A stretch of 64,000 nucleotides of DNA from the NCBI GenBank assembly GCA_017525605.1, contig JAFXSM010000033.1, positions 10,747-74,746 on the forward strand. Reading direction: 5' to 3'. The position numbers were made by a program, and so were the translations under genes. Origin of the DNA: Treponema sp. (GTDB lineage: Bacteria; Spirochaetota; Spirochaetia; Treponematales; Treponemataceae). The notes under the pieces are model-generated. The model worked only from the letters and a program-made list of their open reading frames with translations. It was not told where the DNA came from and searched no databases. Positions 1 through 8,983 of the stretch are shown here, in pieces. Every line of letters begins with the position of its first letter. Within the stretch, counting starts at the first letter, position 1.

Positions 1-146
1 ATGTAGTAGAGCATAAGGAAATTCAGGAACCGCCTGTAGAGGTGCAAGGCAGGCATCCTGTTCATGATGTCTTTCTTTAGGAGAATGTTGTAGTTGATTA
101 TCGCGTTAATCAAAAACGCCAGTACATCAATGCTTGCATAGTACAT
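1..146 (-). CDS. 5-prime fragment of an unidentified membrane-protein gene running off the window edge (partial)
   Basis: Minus-strand ATG at 146-144 is followed by an open frame to position 1. My translation is MYYASIDVLAFLINAIINYNILLKKDIMNRMPALHLYRRFLNFLMLYY, which is hydrophobic. It is too short for the ORF track and no family is assignable. Confidence 0.25.
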   Translation of the reverse strand, partial: MYYASIDVLAFLINAIINYNILLKKDIMNRMPALHLYRRFLNFLMLYY

Positions 147-348
147 CGTTTTCCATTTTAGCACGGTTTTTAAGAAAAATCGAAACGTTTTTAGGCAAAT
201 GCCGAATTTTACAATTCAGTGGTATAAACGAGCGGAAGCGAGGTTCCACCTTCAAAAACGGTTGCCGTTGCGCAATTATTTTCTAAGCATTGCGTCGTGG
301 AGGCAACCGTTCACGGCACGAGCTGTCGCTCGTACCTTTTCCTTTGCA

Positions 349-1674
349 TTAATTCGACTTTTTGTCTTTCGGCAAAATCAAATTCAATACGATTGCGAGG
401 AGGAATACTGTCGCGACGCAGTTTTCCGCGAAGACGCTCTGGAGGAGTTTCGGGAACAGCTCGAAGATTTTCGGGACCTGCGTGAAGCCGAGTCCGATTG
501 AGAGCGAGAGCGCAGAAATCGTGATGTTCCTTTCTGAGAATCCGCATTTTGAGAGCATCTTGATTCCGCTGATGACGATTGTTCCGAACATCATTATCGT
601 GCAGCCGCCGAGAACTGCCTGCGGGACAGTAGTGAGAACCGCGCCGACAATAGGGAAGATTCCCGCGATGATCATTATGACCGCGCCAGTTCCGATTGCG
701 AACCTGTTCACGACTTTTGTCATTGCCACGAGACCGATGTTCTGGCTGAACGAAGTTATCGGTGTGCAGCCGAAAACGGAAGCGAGGGAAGAGATGAATC
801 CGTCACAAGCGAGCGAGCCTGAAATCTCGCGCTCCGTGATGTCCCTGTCGAGCGCAGTCGAGCAGACCGCGCTTGAGTCTCCGATTGTTTCCGTTGCCGA
901 GACGAGGAAGATTACGCTCATTGCGACGATTGCGCTCGCGTTGAATTCAAACTTGAAAGGCATGACTGCAGGAAGTCCGATTATCTTTGACGAGGCGACC
1001 GCGCTGAAATCTACCATTCCGAGGCAGATTGAGAGAATGTAGCCTACGACAAGACCAATCAGAACTGCGATGAGCTTGAGATATCCTTTTGCGAAATAGC
1101 TGAATCCGAGGCTGACCGCGAGAGTCACCGAGCCGACAATCCAGTTGTGCGCCGCGCCGAAATCAGCAGCTCCCTGTCCGCCCGCAAACGAATTCGCGCC
1201 GACAGAGAGCAATGAGAATCCGATTGCAGTGACGACCGTTGCCGCGACGACAGGCGAAATCAGCTTTATCCAGTACTTTGCGAAAAGTCCGAGCACGCCC
1301 TCGATGAGTCCGCCGACGAGCACCGCGCCCATGATTGCTCCGTATCCGTATGTCGTTCCGATGAAAATCGAAATCGAGAGGAACGTGAAGCTGATTCCCA
1401 TTACAATCGGGAGTTTCGCGCCGACTCTCCAAAGAGGGAAGAGCTGAATGAGCGTTCCGATTCCTGCGATAATCATTGCGTTCTGGACAAGTCGCGCGCT
1501 CAAGCCCTGCTCGATTCCGCAGATGTTCGCGAGTATGATTACCGGCGTTATGTTTGCGACGAACATCGCGAGGATATGCTGAAGTCCCATCGGAACTGCT
1601 TTTCCGAGCGGAACGCGTCCGTCTGTCTTGTAGATGTTTTCTGCTGATGCGACATTTGCCGTATCTGTGTTCAT
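349..1674 (-). CDS. pbuX: NCS2-family nucleobase (xanthine/uracil) permease
   Basis: ORF 349..1713 is a polytopic membrane protein with an NCS2-like sequence. I prefer the internal ATG at 1674 (MNTDTANV...), which is 4 nt after the xpt stop and preceded by AGGAG. It lies directly downstream of xpt, as in xpt-pbuX operons. Confidence 0.85.
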   Translation of the reverse strand: MNTDTANVASAENIYKTDGRVPLGKAVPMGLQHILAMFVANITPVIILANICGIEQGLSARLVQNAMIIAGIGTLIQLFPLWRVGAKLPIVMGISFTFLSISIFIGTTYGYGAIMGAVLVGGLIEGVLGLFAKYWIKLISPVVAATVVTAIGFSLLSVGANSFAGGQGAADFGAAHNWIVGSVTLAVSLGFSYFAKGYLKLIAVLIGLVVGYILSICLGMVDFSAVASSKIIGLPAVMPFKFEFNASAIVAMSVIFLVSATETIGDSSAVCSTALDRDITEREISGSLACDGFISSLASVFGCTPITSFSQNIGLVAMTKVVNRFAIGTGAVIMIIAGIFPIVGAVLTTVPQAVLGGCTIMMFGTIVISGIKMLSKCGFSERNITISALSLSIGLGFTQVPKIFELFPKLLQSVFAENCVATVFLLAIVLNLILPKDKKSN

Positions 1675-1678
1675 TTTT

Positions 1679-2260
1679 CTAGCTCCTGAATTCGATTTCG
1701 CCTTTCTCGGCATCCATTTTTTCTACGATCGCGATTGACTCAAGCTTGAATCCCTTGTCGCGGAGTGTCTGTCCGCCGCTCTGGAATCCCTTCTCGATTG
1801 CGATTCCGATTCCCGAGACCGTCGCGCCTGCCTGCCTGCAAATCTCGATAAGTCCGAGTGCGGCCTGACCGTGCGCCATGAAGTCGTCTATGATGAGAAT
1901 CTTGTCGTTCGGGCTGATGTACTTTTTCGTGACGAAAACGTGGTTGTTCACTTTGTGCGTGAACGACATAACGTCCGACATGTATTTGTCGTCGTCCTGA
2001 ACGACCGTCTGCGTCTTCTTCGCGAAAACTACAGGCACGTCGCCGAAATGCCTTGCGACCAGACATGCAAGACCGATTCCCGATGCCTCAATCGTAAGGA
2101 TTTTTGTGACTTCGATTCCTTCAAATCTTCTTTTGAATTCCGCTCCGATTTTGTCCATGAGAGCGACATCAATCTGATGGTTCAGGAAGCTGTCAACTTT
2201 GAGGATGTTGCCCGGCTTTATGATGCCGTCTTTCTTTATTCGTTCTTCGAGAAAATTCAT
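1679..2260 (-). CDS. xpt: xanthine phosphoribosyltransferase
   Basis: 193 aa. The N-terminus MNFLEERIKKDGIIKPGNILKVDSFLNHQID and the PRPP-binding motif ILIIDDFMAHG are typical of Xpt. Confidence 0.92.
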   Translation of the reverse strand: MNFLEERIKKDGIIKPGNILKVDSFLNHQIDVALMDKIGAEFKRRFEGIEVTKILTIEASGIGLACLVARHFGDVPVVFAKKTQTVVQDDDKYMSDVMSFTHKVNNHVFVTKKYISPNDKILIIDDFMAHGQAALGLIEICRQAGATVSGIGIAIEKGFQSGGQTLRDKGFKLESIAIVEKMDAEKGEIEFRS

Positions 2261-2272
2261 TTGTAAGCTCCG

Positions 2273-2878
2273 TTATTTCTTCAATTGTTCCCTGATTGCG
2301 CCGAGAAGTTCCGAATATTCCGTGAACGCAGGAATTTCCGGGAAATCCTTCTTGATTTTGTCCGTCGTCCTAAAAAGGAATCCGGCTTTCGATGCCTGAA
2401 TCATTCCGAGGTCGTTGTAGCTGTCGCCCGACGCGATTGTGTCGTAGCCGATTGACTGCAATGCCTTCACGGTCGTGAGCTTCGATTTCTCGCATCTCAT
2501 CTTGTGGCTCACGATGAAGCCGTTCTCGTCGATGTTCAGCGAGTTGCAGAAGATTGTCGGCTGGCCGAGCTTCTTCATCAATGGAGAAGCGAATTCCGCG
2601 AACGTGTCCGAGATGATGATTGTCTGACATTCGCTTCGCAGTGCGTCCATGAATTCCTTTGCGCCCGGCAGCGGGTCGATTTTCGCGATTGTCGCCTGTA
2701 TGTCGGAAATCTTCAGCCCGTGTTCCTTCAATATTCCGATTCTCCACTTCATGAGCTTGTCGTAATCAGGTTCGTCCCTTGTCGTCCTTTTGAGTTCGGG
2801 GATTCCTGATTCCTCCGCGAATGCAATCCAAATTTCTGGTACGAGTACGCCTTCCAAATCCAAACAAGTTATATACAT
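2273..2878 (-). CDS. thrH: HAD-family phosphoserine phosphatase / homoserine phosphotransferase (ThrH-like)
   Basis: 201 aa. MYITCLDLEGVLVPEIWIAFAEESGIPELKRTTRDEPDYDKLM is close to Pseudomonas ThrH as I recall it. The HAD motifs DLEG and GDSYND are present. Confidence 0.8.
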   Translation of the reverse strand: MYITCLDLEGVLVPEIWIAFAEESGIPELKRTTRDEPDYDKLMKWRIGILKEHGLKISDIQATIAKIDPLPGAKEFMDALRSECQTIIISDTFAEFASPLMKKLGQPTIFCNSLNIDENGFIVSHKMRCEKSKLTTVKALQSIGYDTIASGDSYNDLGMIQASKAGFLFRTTDKIKKDFPEIPAFTEYSELLGAIREQLKK

Positions 2879-2952
2879 TTCTTGCTCCTAAAAATTGTGT
2901 TCGTGCGATTTTCCGTTGCCCATGCAATGGAATTAAACTTGTATTGTAATAA

Positions 2953-3067
2953 AAATTTTGGAAACAAGCTATCGGCGAGAACCCTATATGAAAAACGGCA
3001 GTACCGCTACGCGGTGGCTGAATGTTTTTCATACAGGAACCTCGCCTACGCTTGTTTCCAAAATTGA
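2953..3067 (+). repeat. Copy 1 of a ~115-nt rod-like hairpin element (three copies in the window)
   Basis: AATTTTGGAAACAAGC...GGCGAG-AAC-CCTATATGAAAAAC-GGCAGTACCGCTACGCGGTGGCTGA-...GTTTTTCATACAGG-AAC-CTCGCC...GCTTGTTTCCAAAATT. It is near-identical to 44041-44151 and 47815-47932. It is intergenic, between the thrH start and the sigma-factor gene. Confidence 0.9.
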
Positions 3068-3402
3068 TTCGCAAAATTTGACATTCAAATTTCTATAAGT
3101 ATTGCTTAGTGGATGCAAGCGGCGCGGCACGGCTTGCGCCGTACCTTCATTTAAGGCGATTTGAAAATGAATTTTTCATTAAGTTTGCTATAAAAATTCA
3201 AAGAATTGAATTTCGTTTTTAAGAACAGTATAAGATTTTATTTATAAACATTGAAACTAGATTGAAAAGCAGGCTGTTTAATATATACTGAACCCGTTAG
3301 ATAACAAGTTTTTAAGATTTGTTGTCAGAAATAACAAACGGATGCACCCAATTTAAAAATCGTTTTGAAACTTCGGTTCTTGAAAAAATTAGGAGGCAGT
3401 CT

Positions 3403-4233
3403 ATGAATGATGAAGTTGAACTCTACAGATCTTATATAAACTCAATCCAGAAGTACGCGCTTTTGACTTCTTTGGAAGAAGAGGAGCTTTCGAAGAAAAT
3501 CGAGGCGGGGGACAAAAAGGCACTTTTCAAGCTGGTGAATTCGAATCTCCGGCTGGTCGTCTGCATCGCGAAGAAATTTTCTTCCTCGTACAAATTCTCT
3601 ACTATGGATTTGATTCAGGAAGGAAACATGGGGCTGATGGCTGCCGCGCAGAAATATCACTATTCGTTCAACACGCGGTTTTCGACGTATGCGTACACAT
3701 GGATTTTCCAGTACATGCTGAGATTCGTCCACAACAAAACTGCGATGATTGAGATTCCGCACAGGAAGGAGGAGCTTTTGAGGCAGATTTCTTCCGCTCA
3801 GGTGGTTTTCAATCAGAAATATGGAAGAAACGCGACTGCCAAAGAGCTTTCGTCTTTCCTTGAGATTGACGAAGCCGAGATTGCGGACGCTCTTTCGTGC
3901 GCATACTCGTATTCGAGCCTTGACGTTGAGTGCAACGACGAGAGCGGCGAGACTGTCGGTGAGCTCTTCCCTGACAGGAGGTTCAATCCCGAGGACATCT
4001 ACATCGAGAACGAGGCGAAGGGCGGAATCGCGGATTTGCTCAAGCTTCTTCCCGAAAAAGAGAGAATCGTTATCTTCAACCGCTACAACTTCGCGAGGCG
4101 GCAGCGAACTGCGACTTTGCGTGAGCTTGGCGAGTCGCTCGGAGTTTCGACGGAGACTGTGCGCCAGATTGAACTTCGCGCGGTGAAGCACTTGCAGAAA
4201 GTGTGCGAGAGCGACATGAGCTGCGTGCTTTAG
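3403..4233 (+). CDS. sigma-70 family RNA polymerase sigma factor (alternative, RpoD-like regions 2-4)
   Basis: ORF 3319..4233. The ATG at 3403 is preceded by AGGAGG at 3391-3396. Region 2 reads NLRLVVCIAKKF...DLIQEGNMGLMAAAQKY...FSTYAYTWIFQ and the region 4 HTH reads LRELGESLGVSTETVRQIELRAVKHL. Confidence 0.88.
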   Translation: MNDEVELYRSYINSIQKYALLTSLEEEELSKKIEAGDKKALFKLVNSNLRLVVCIAKKFSSSYKFSTMDLIQEGNMGLMAAAQKYHYSFNTRFSTYAYTWIFQYMLRFVHNKTAMIEIPHRKEELLRQISSAQVVFNQKYGRNATAKELSSFLEIDEAEIADALSCAYSYSSLDVECNDESGETVGELFPDRRFNPEDIYIENEAKGGIADLLKLLPEKERIVIFNRYNFARRQRTATLRELGESLGVSTETVRQIELRAVKHLQKVCESDMSCVL

Positions 4234-4264
4234 CGGAAACGATGAAAAATCTTCAAAAGTTGTC

Positions 4265-4317
4265 GAAAGCCTACAAAGTGAATAAAATGACATTCATTTC
4301 TGTAGGCTTTTTATTTT
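4265..4317 (+). terminator. intrinsic terminator after the sigma-factor gene
   Basis: GAAAGCCTACA...TGTAGGCTTT stem followed by TTATTTT. Confidence 0.65.
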
Positions 4318-4332
4318 GCTTTTGGGATTTTT

Positions 4333-5430
4333 ATGACTGAAAAAAACAAACTTTACATACTTTCTGGTGCAATCGTCTTTGTCTGCCTTGCAATTCTCGG
4401 CTTGAATTTTTTCCTGAACTACATCGACAAGCATCCGGGCAGCAAATCAGACGAAATCGAGGAGACTATGCAGAATCCTGTTTCCGACGACGACTCGAAG
4501 AATTTCGACGTGAACCCTTTCGAGAATCTTTCTCAGATTGACAAATTCAACGACGAGAACAAAGAGAATAAAGAAAACAAAACTGAACCGGACATCGCTT
4601 CTTCCGAGAAAAATGACGGCGCAAAAAAAATCGATTCTTCCGTCGCGAAAAAAGACGACGCGAAAAATGCAAAGAAGGACGAGCCGTTTATCGATTCCGC
4701 CGCAAAGAAAGTTAGGATGTCCGACTTCAAAATCCCGATGGCGAAAAACGATGCCACGCTTTACTTCGTCTTTGACGATGCCGGCCACAACGTAGAAAAC
4801 CTCAAGCGGTATATGGAGCTTCCGTTCGTGTTCTCGGTGTCGATTCTTCCGGGGCTTCCTCATTCTGCAGAATGTGCGGAGCTCGTCCGCAAAAACAACC
4901 GCGAGCTGATGCTTCATCAGCCGATGCAGGCGGAGAACCTTGAAATCAGCCCGGGACCTAAAGCGATAACTGCGATGATGGGAACGAAGGAAATCGCCCA
5001 GCTCGTCATTTCGAACATCGATTCACTCGGCGGGGGCGTGAAGGGCGTGAACAACCACGAAGGCTCGCTCATAACGTCGAACATCATAAAAATCGGTGCG
5101 GTTCTGGAAGTTTGCAGGTCGAAGAAAATCTATTTCCTCGACTCCAAGACGACGGTGAGATCGAAGGCGTATCAGGCAGGGCTTGAGCTTGACATGAACG
5201 TCCTCATGCGTTCCGCTCCGTTCCTTGACAACGAGGTGAACAGGGCGAGCATCCTTTCGCGAATCTACGAGAGCCTTGACTACGCGAACACTCACGAGAA
5301 GGCAATCATAATCGGTCACGTTGACAAGAGCGTCGATATCCTTCCCGACTTGCTTTCCGAGATGTATCCCGCACTTCTTCTTGCAGGCTACAAATTCGAC
5401 GTTCCTAGCAACATAAAATCGGAGATGTGA
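4333..5430 (+). CDS. divergent polysaccharide deacetylase family protein (YibQ-like) with N-terminal TM anchor and Lys/Asp-rich linker
   Basis: 365 aa. The C-terminal domain has the motifs YFVFDDAGHN, LHQPMQ and NNHEGS, typical of the YibQ/DUF610 family. Confidence 0.75.
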   Translation: MTEKNKLYILSGAIVFVCLAILGLNFFLNYIDKHPGSKSDEIEETMQNPVSDDDSKNFDVNPFENLSQIDKFNDENKENKENKTEPDIASSEKNDGAKKIDSSVAKKDDAKNAKKDEPFIDSAAKKVRMSDFKIPMAKNDATLYFVFDDAGHNVENLKRYMELPFVFSVSILPGLPHSAECAELVRKNNRELMLHQPMQAENLEISPGPKAITAMMGTKEIAQLVISNIDSLGGGVKGVNNHEGSLITSNIIKIGAVLEVCRSKKIYFLDSKTTVRSKAYQAGLELDMNVLMRSAPFLDNEVNRASILSRIYESLDYANTHEKAIIIGHVDKSVDILPDLLSEMYPALLLAGYKFDVPSNIKSEM

Positions 5431-5472
5431 ATTTTTTGAGTTTGAACAGAGTTTTATTTTTGGGAGAAAAAT

Positions 5473-6513
5473 ATGAGAGTTTTGGGAATTGAGTCTTCTT
5501 GTGATGAGACAGCATGTGCCATTGTTGAAGACGGAAAAAAGATAATTTCTAATGTAGTAGCGACGCAGATTCCTTTCCATCAGGTGTACAAAGGCGTAGT
5601 GCCTGAAATCGCCTCAAGGAAACATGCCGAGTGGATTCTTCCTGTCGTGCGCCAGGCTCTGAAAGAAGCTGACATGACCGTCAATGACATCGATGCCGTC
5701 GCTGCGACGAACCGGCCGGGATTGATGGGCTCTCTTCTTGTCGGCCTCACGTTCGGAAAAACGCTTGCATGGACAATCAAAAAGCCGTTCATCGCCGTGA
5801 ACCACATGCTCGGTCACATGTATGCGGCCCATCTTTCGAATGAAATTCAGTATCCGTATCTTGGTCTTCTCGTTTCGGGCGGACATTCGATTATCGCAAA
5901 AGTGAACGGGTTCGACGACCTTGAGGTTTTGGGAACGACGATTGACGATTCAGTCGGCGAGGCTTTCGACAAAGTTTCGAAGTTTTACGGTCTTGGGTAT
6001 CCGGGCGGAGTCGTAATCGACAGGCTTTCTCAGAACGGTGACCCGAAATCGTTCAGTTTTCCTGTAGCAAAGCTCGACAAAGGCGACGACCACAGATACG
6101 ACATTTCGTTCAGCGGACTGAAAACTGCCGTAATCCATCAGGCTGATATGTTCTTGAAAAAGGGCTATGAGAAGACGAACGAGAATATTTGCGCGGCATT
6201 CCAGGAAACTGCCTGCAAGACATTGCTTTCCCGTCTTTTCCGCGCGGTCGAGGACACGGGGCTTACGACAGTCGTTGCCGGTGGCGGTGTCGCCGCAAAT
6301 TCACGTCTTCGCGCGCTCCTTGCCGAAAGAAAAGATTTGAACTGCATCTTCCCGCCATTGAAGCTCTGCGGCGACAACGGCGCGATGATTGCAGGTGTCG
6401 CGTACCACTTCCTCCTGCGCGGCGACAGGAGCGACATCGAAACGACCGCGTGCGCCCGAATCCCGCAGTTCAAGCGCGGGCTTGCAAATCTTGAAGCGTT
6501 CGGACGCAGGTAG
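5473..6513 (+). CDS. tsaD: tRNA N6-adenosine threonylcarbamoyltransferase
   Basis: 346 aa. MRVLGIESSCDETACAIVEDG..., the HMLGHMYA metal site, and the Kae1/TsaD family pattern throughout. Confidence 0.95.
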   Translation: MRVLGIESSCDETACAIVEDGKKIISNVVATQIPFHQVYKGVVPEIASRKHAEWILPVVRQALKEADMTVNDIDAVAATNRPGLMGSLLVGLTFGKTLAWTIKKPFIAVNHMLGHMYAAHLSNEIQYPYLGLLVSGGHSIIAKVNGFDDLEVLGTTIDDSVGEAFDKVSKFYGLGYPGGVVIDRLSQNGDPKSFSFPVAKLDKGDDHRYDISFSGLKTAVIHQADMFLKKGYEKTNENICAAFQETACKTLLSRLFRAVEDTGLTTVVAGGGVAANSRLRALLAERKDLNCIFPPLKLCGDNGAMIAGVAYHFLLRGDRSDIETTACARIPQFKRGLANLEAFGRR

Positions 6514-6543
6514 TTTTATAAAAGCGTTGTGAAAATCGTTTGT

Positions 6544-7698
6544 TTATTTCCAAATGGAAATGTCGAACGATTTTTCAACCTGGTTTTCAACATTGTCGTC
6601 GAGAAGCGAGTAGAAATCGAGGCCGGTTCTTTTTTCAGCTTCATCGATTGAGACGGCGAAATCCCAGAACTGTTTTCCAGAGCATCCGTCGTTCGGAAGG
6701 ATAAATCCGATTGCGGCAACTGATTTCGCGTCGTCCGGGGTTTTCTTGTCGGCATCGTTTTCATAAATCGGCGCGAGGATTACTTTGTAGTAATACTGCG
6801 GAATCGCGACTTTGTTCTGCTTTCCGATTGATGCGTATTTTGACGCAGGCTTGTCGAGAATCGGGCCTGAGACAACGTAGACCTGACCGAATGTTTTCGT
6901 CCACACGCGCACCTGGGCTTCGAGCTGCTGCCAGATTCCGCGGTTGAATGCGCCTGCCTGCGGGCTCATGTTGCTCATGTAGAACGTCTCGCTCATCGCT
7001 TTTTCGTCGAATGACATGTCTGCCGCCGGCGTGAGATGTCCTCTGTCGTAGCCCGAGCCTTTGTAGTCGTCGAGCGTTGCCGAGCCTGTCGTGATTTTCG
7101 GGTCTTCCCTGAAATCGTTCGTCCTTCCTGAATTCTTTTTGAGGTTTGCGGTTGTCAGTTTGTATGCCGACCATTCCGCCTGCTCATAGCTTTCCCTGTA
7201 GCAGACAGCGTAATTGTTGAATTTCCTTATCTGATGGTCTTTCGCGTGGTTTGCTCCGGCGCAGACTGGTGTTTCAAGCCCGTCCTGAAGCGCAATCATT
7301 CCTGTCGTGTAGACTTTTGCGGATTTTGATTTTGAAGTCGAAACTTCTTCTTCAACAACTTCGTTTTCCTCAACTTCCGCCTGAGCTTTCTCGGTTTTTT
7401 TAGCTTTTTCCGTTTTGCTCTTTTCGGACTTCTTCTTTGCTGCGTCAGTTGCCTTCTGCTTTGCTTTCGAAGTTTCCTTCTTTATCGTTTCCGCTTTCTT
7501 TCCTGCTTCCTTCGAAATCGTCTCGATTGTCGATTCGACTTCCTTTGCCACAGTTTCCGGCACTGCCGAGATGTCTCCTGTTGACTTGTACTTCCTGTAG
7601 CCGATTACGGCGACGATGATAATCAATATGAAAATCAGCGTTTTGGAAGAGCCTTTCTTTTTGTTGTTGTTCTGGTTCGTATTCTTTCGTTTCGCCAT
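6544..7698 (-). CDS. membrane-anchored DNA/RNA non-specific endonuclease (NucA/EndoG beta-beta-alpha-Me family)
   Basis: 384 aa. It has an N-terminal TM segment, a Lys/Glu-rich linker, and catalytic DRGHLTPAAD plus SNMSPQ motifs. Confidence 0.85.
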   Translation of the reverse strand: MAKRKNTNQNNNKKKGSSKTLIFILIIIVAVIGYRKYKSTGDISAVPETVAKEVESTIETISKEAGKKAETIKKETSKAKQKATDAAKKKSEKSKTEKAKKTEKAQAEVEENEVVEEEVSTSKSKSAKVYTTGMIALQDGLETPVCAGANHAKDHQIRKFNNYAVCYRESYEQAEWSAYKLTTANLKKNSGRTNDFREDPKITTGSATLDDYKGSGYDRGHLTPAADMSFDEKAMSETFYMSNMSPQAGAFNRGIWQQLEAQVRVWTKTFGQVYVVSGPILDKPASKYASIGKQNKVAIPQYYYKVILAPIYENDADKKTPDDAKSVAAIGFILPNDGCSGKQFWDFAVSIDEAEKRTGLDFYSLLDDNVENQVEKSFDISIWK

Positions 7699-7816
7699 TT
7701 TTTTTCATCTCCTTGAAATTTTGGAATTTAAGTTCGATTTTATCATCTTAGCTTTCAATTGTAAAAACAGTACAAAAGATTTAGACTAGTGCAATAGTGG
7801 ATACATGAGGAAAACT

Positions 7817-8854
7817 ATGAGTAAACTTTACATTCCAGACATTTATGAAAGCGTTCTCGGTGAAAGAGAAACAGAACACGCTATTACTATGGTCAAGGAG
7901 TTCTTTCAGAACGAATTATCGACCGAACTGAATTTGACGAGAGTCACAGCACCTCTTTTTGTTCCTAGCGGAACTGGTTTGAACGACAATTTGAACGGTG
8001 TCGAAGTTCCGGTTTCTTTTAGCGTGAAGGATTTGAACGGACAGGGCATGGAAATCGTCCATTCCCTCGCAAAGTGGAAGAGAGTGAAAGTCACGAAGAT
8101 GGGACTTGCTCCTGAATTCGGAATTTATACAGATATGAACGCAATCCGCCCTGATGAGGAGCTGGACAATGTTCATTCAATCTACGTTGACCAGTGGGAC
8201 TGGGAAATGGCAATCGACGAGAAAGAAAGAACGGTCATGCACCTGAAAGATGTCGTCGAGAAAATCTACAGATGCCTTAAGAGGCTTGAATTCTTCATCT
8301 ACGACAGATGGGACAAAATCAAGCCGTTCCTTCCTGAGAAAATCACGTTCATCTTTGCCGACGACCTTCAGAGAAAATATCCTGAGCTTACGCCGAAGCA
8401 GAGGGAATACGAAGTTTGCAGAAAATACGGTGCGGTTTTCATCATCGGAATCGGCGGAAAGCTTCCTGACGGAACGATTCATGACGGACGCTCGCCTGAC
8501 TACGACGACTGGATCAGCGAGACTGGCGACGGTCACAGAGGTCTGAACGGAGATTTGCTCGTCTGGAACCCTGTTCTGCAGAATTCGTTCGAGATTTCTT
8601 CTATGGGAATCCGCGTCAATCCTGAGAGCCTTCACGCGCAGCTTGAGGAGCGCGGCTGCCTCGACAGGGAAAAGCTTCCGTTCCACAAGGATTTGCTTGC
8701 TGGAAAATACGCGCTCACGATGGGCGGCGGAATCGGTCAGAGCCGTCTTTGCATGTTCTTCTTAAGAAAAGCCCACATCGGCGAAATCCAGGTTTCAATC
8801 TGGTCGGAAGAGGACAGAGCGGAGTGCAAGAAGCACGGAATCAATCTTCTGTAG
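7817..8854 (+). CDS. asnA: aspartate--ammonia ligase (asparagine synthetase A)
   Basis: ORF 7805..8854. The ATG at 7817 follows GAGGA. Class II aaRS-like AsnA pattern (LTRVTAPLF, SIYVDQWDWE, GGGIGQSRL). Confidence 0.9.
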   Translation: MSKLYIPDIYESVLGERETEHAITMVKEFFQNELSTELNLTRVTAPLFVPSGTGLNDNLNGVEVPVSFSVKDLNGQGMEIVHSLAKWKRVKVTKMGLAPEFGIYTDMNAIRPDEELDNVHSIYVDQWDWEMAIDEKERTVMHLKDVVEKIYRCLKRLEFFIYDRWDKIKPFLPEKITFIFADDLQRKYPELTPKQREYEVCRKYGAVFIIGIGGKLPDGTIHDGRSPDYDDWISETGDGHRGLNGDLLVWNPVLQNSFEISSMGIRVNPESLHAQLEERGCLDREKLPFHKDLLAGKYALTMGGGIGQSRLCMFFLRKAHIGEIQVSIWSEEDRAECKKHGINLL

Positions 8855-8902
8855 AAAATCGGCTTTTTCGGAATTGCGGTTTCGGAAAAGCATTTTTGAT
8901 GA

Positions 8903-8938
8903 AACTGTCCGGTAAAGAAATCGGACAGTTTTTCTTTT
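8903..8938 (+). terminator. intrinsic terminator after asnA
   Basis: ACTGTCCG-loop-CGGACAGT followed by TTTTCTTTT. Confidence 0.7.
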
Positions 8939-8983
8939 CATGAAAAATCCCGGAGCGGTTTTGTTTTTCGGGTAAATGAATTT

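Noticed and set aside
199-501. A 100-aa plus-strand ORF at the start of the window.
   Set aside because: It overlaps the 3-prime end of the permease gene on the opposite strand and the intergenic region. It has no RBS or recognisable sequence.
2882-3067. Short ORFs crossing the hairpin element copies (2882..3067, 2766..3074, 47801..47983, 47697..47924) that share peptide strings such as KRQYR(Y/F)AVAECF.
   Set aside because: The shared peptide merely reflects the conserved nucleotide apex. The copies differ by compensatory stem changes that scramble the rest of the peptide. There is no RBS and no equivalent ORF at copy 2.
3127-3146. A GC-rich hairpin, GGTACGGC-GCAA-GCCGTGCC in minus sense, considered as a possible terminator or riboswitch stem upstream of thrH.
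   Set aside because: No T-run follows on either strand and I could recognise no flanking conserved riboswitch core. It is kept only as a note under the thrH-xpt-pbuX finding.
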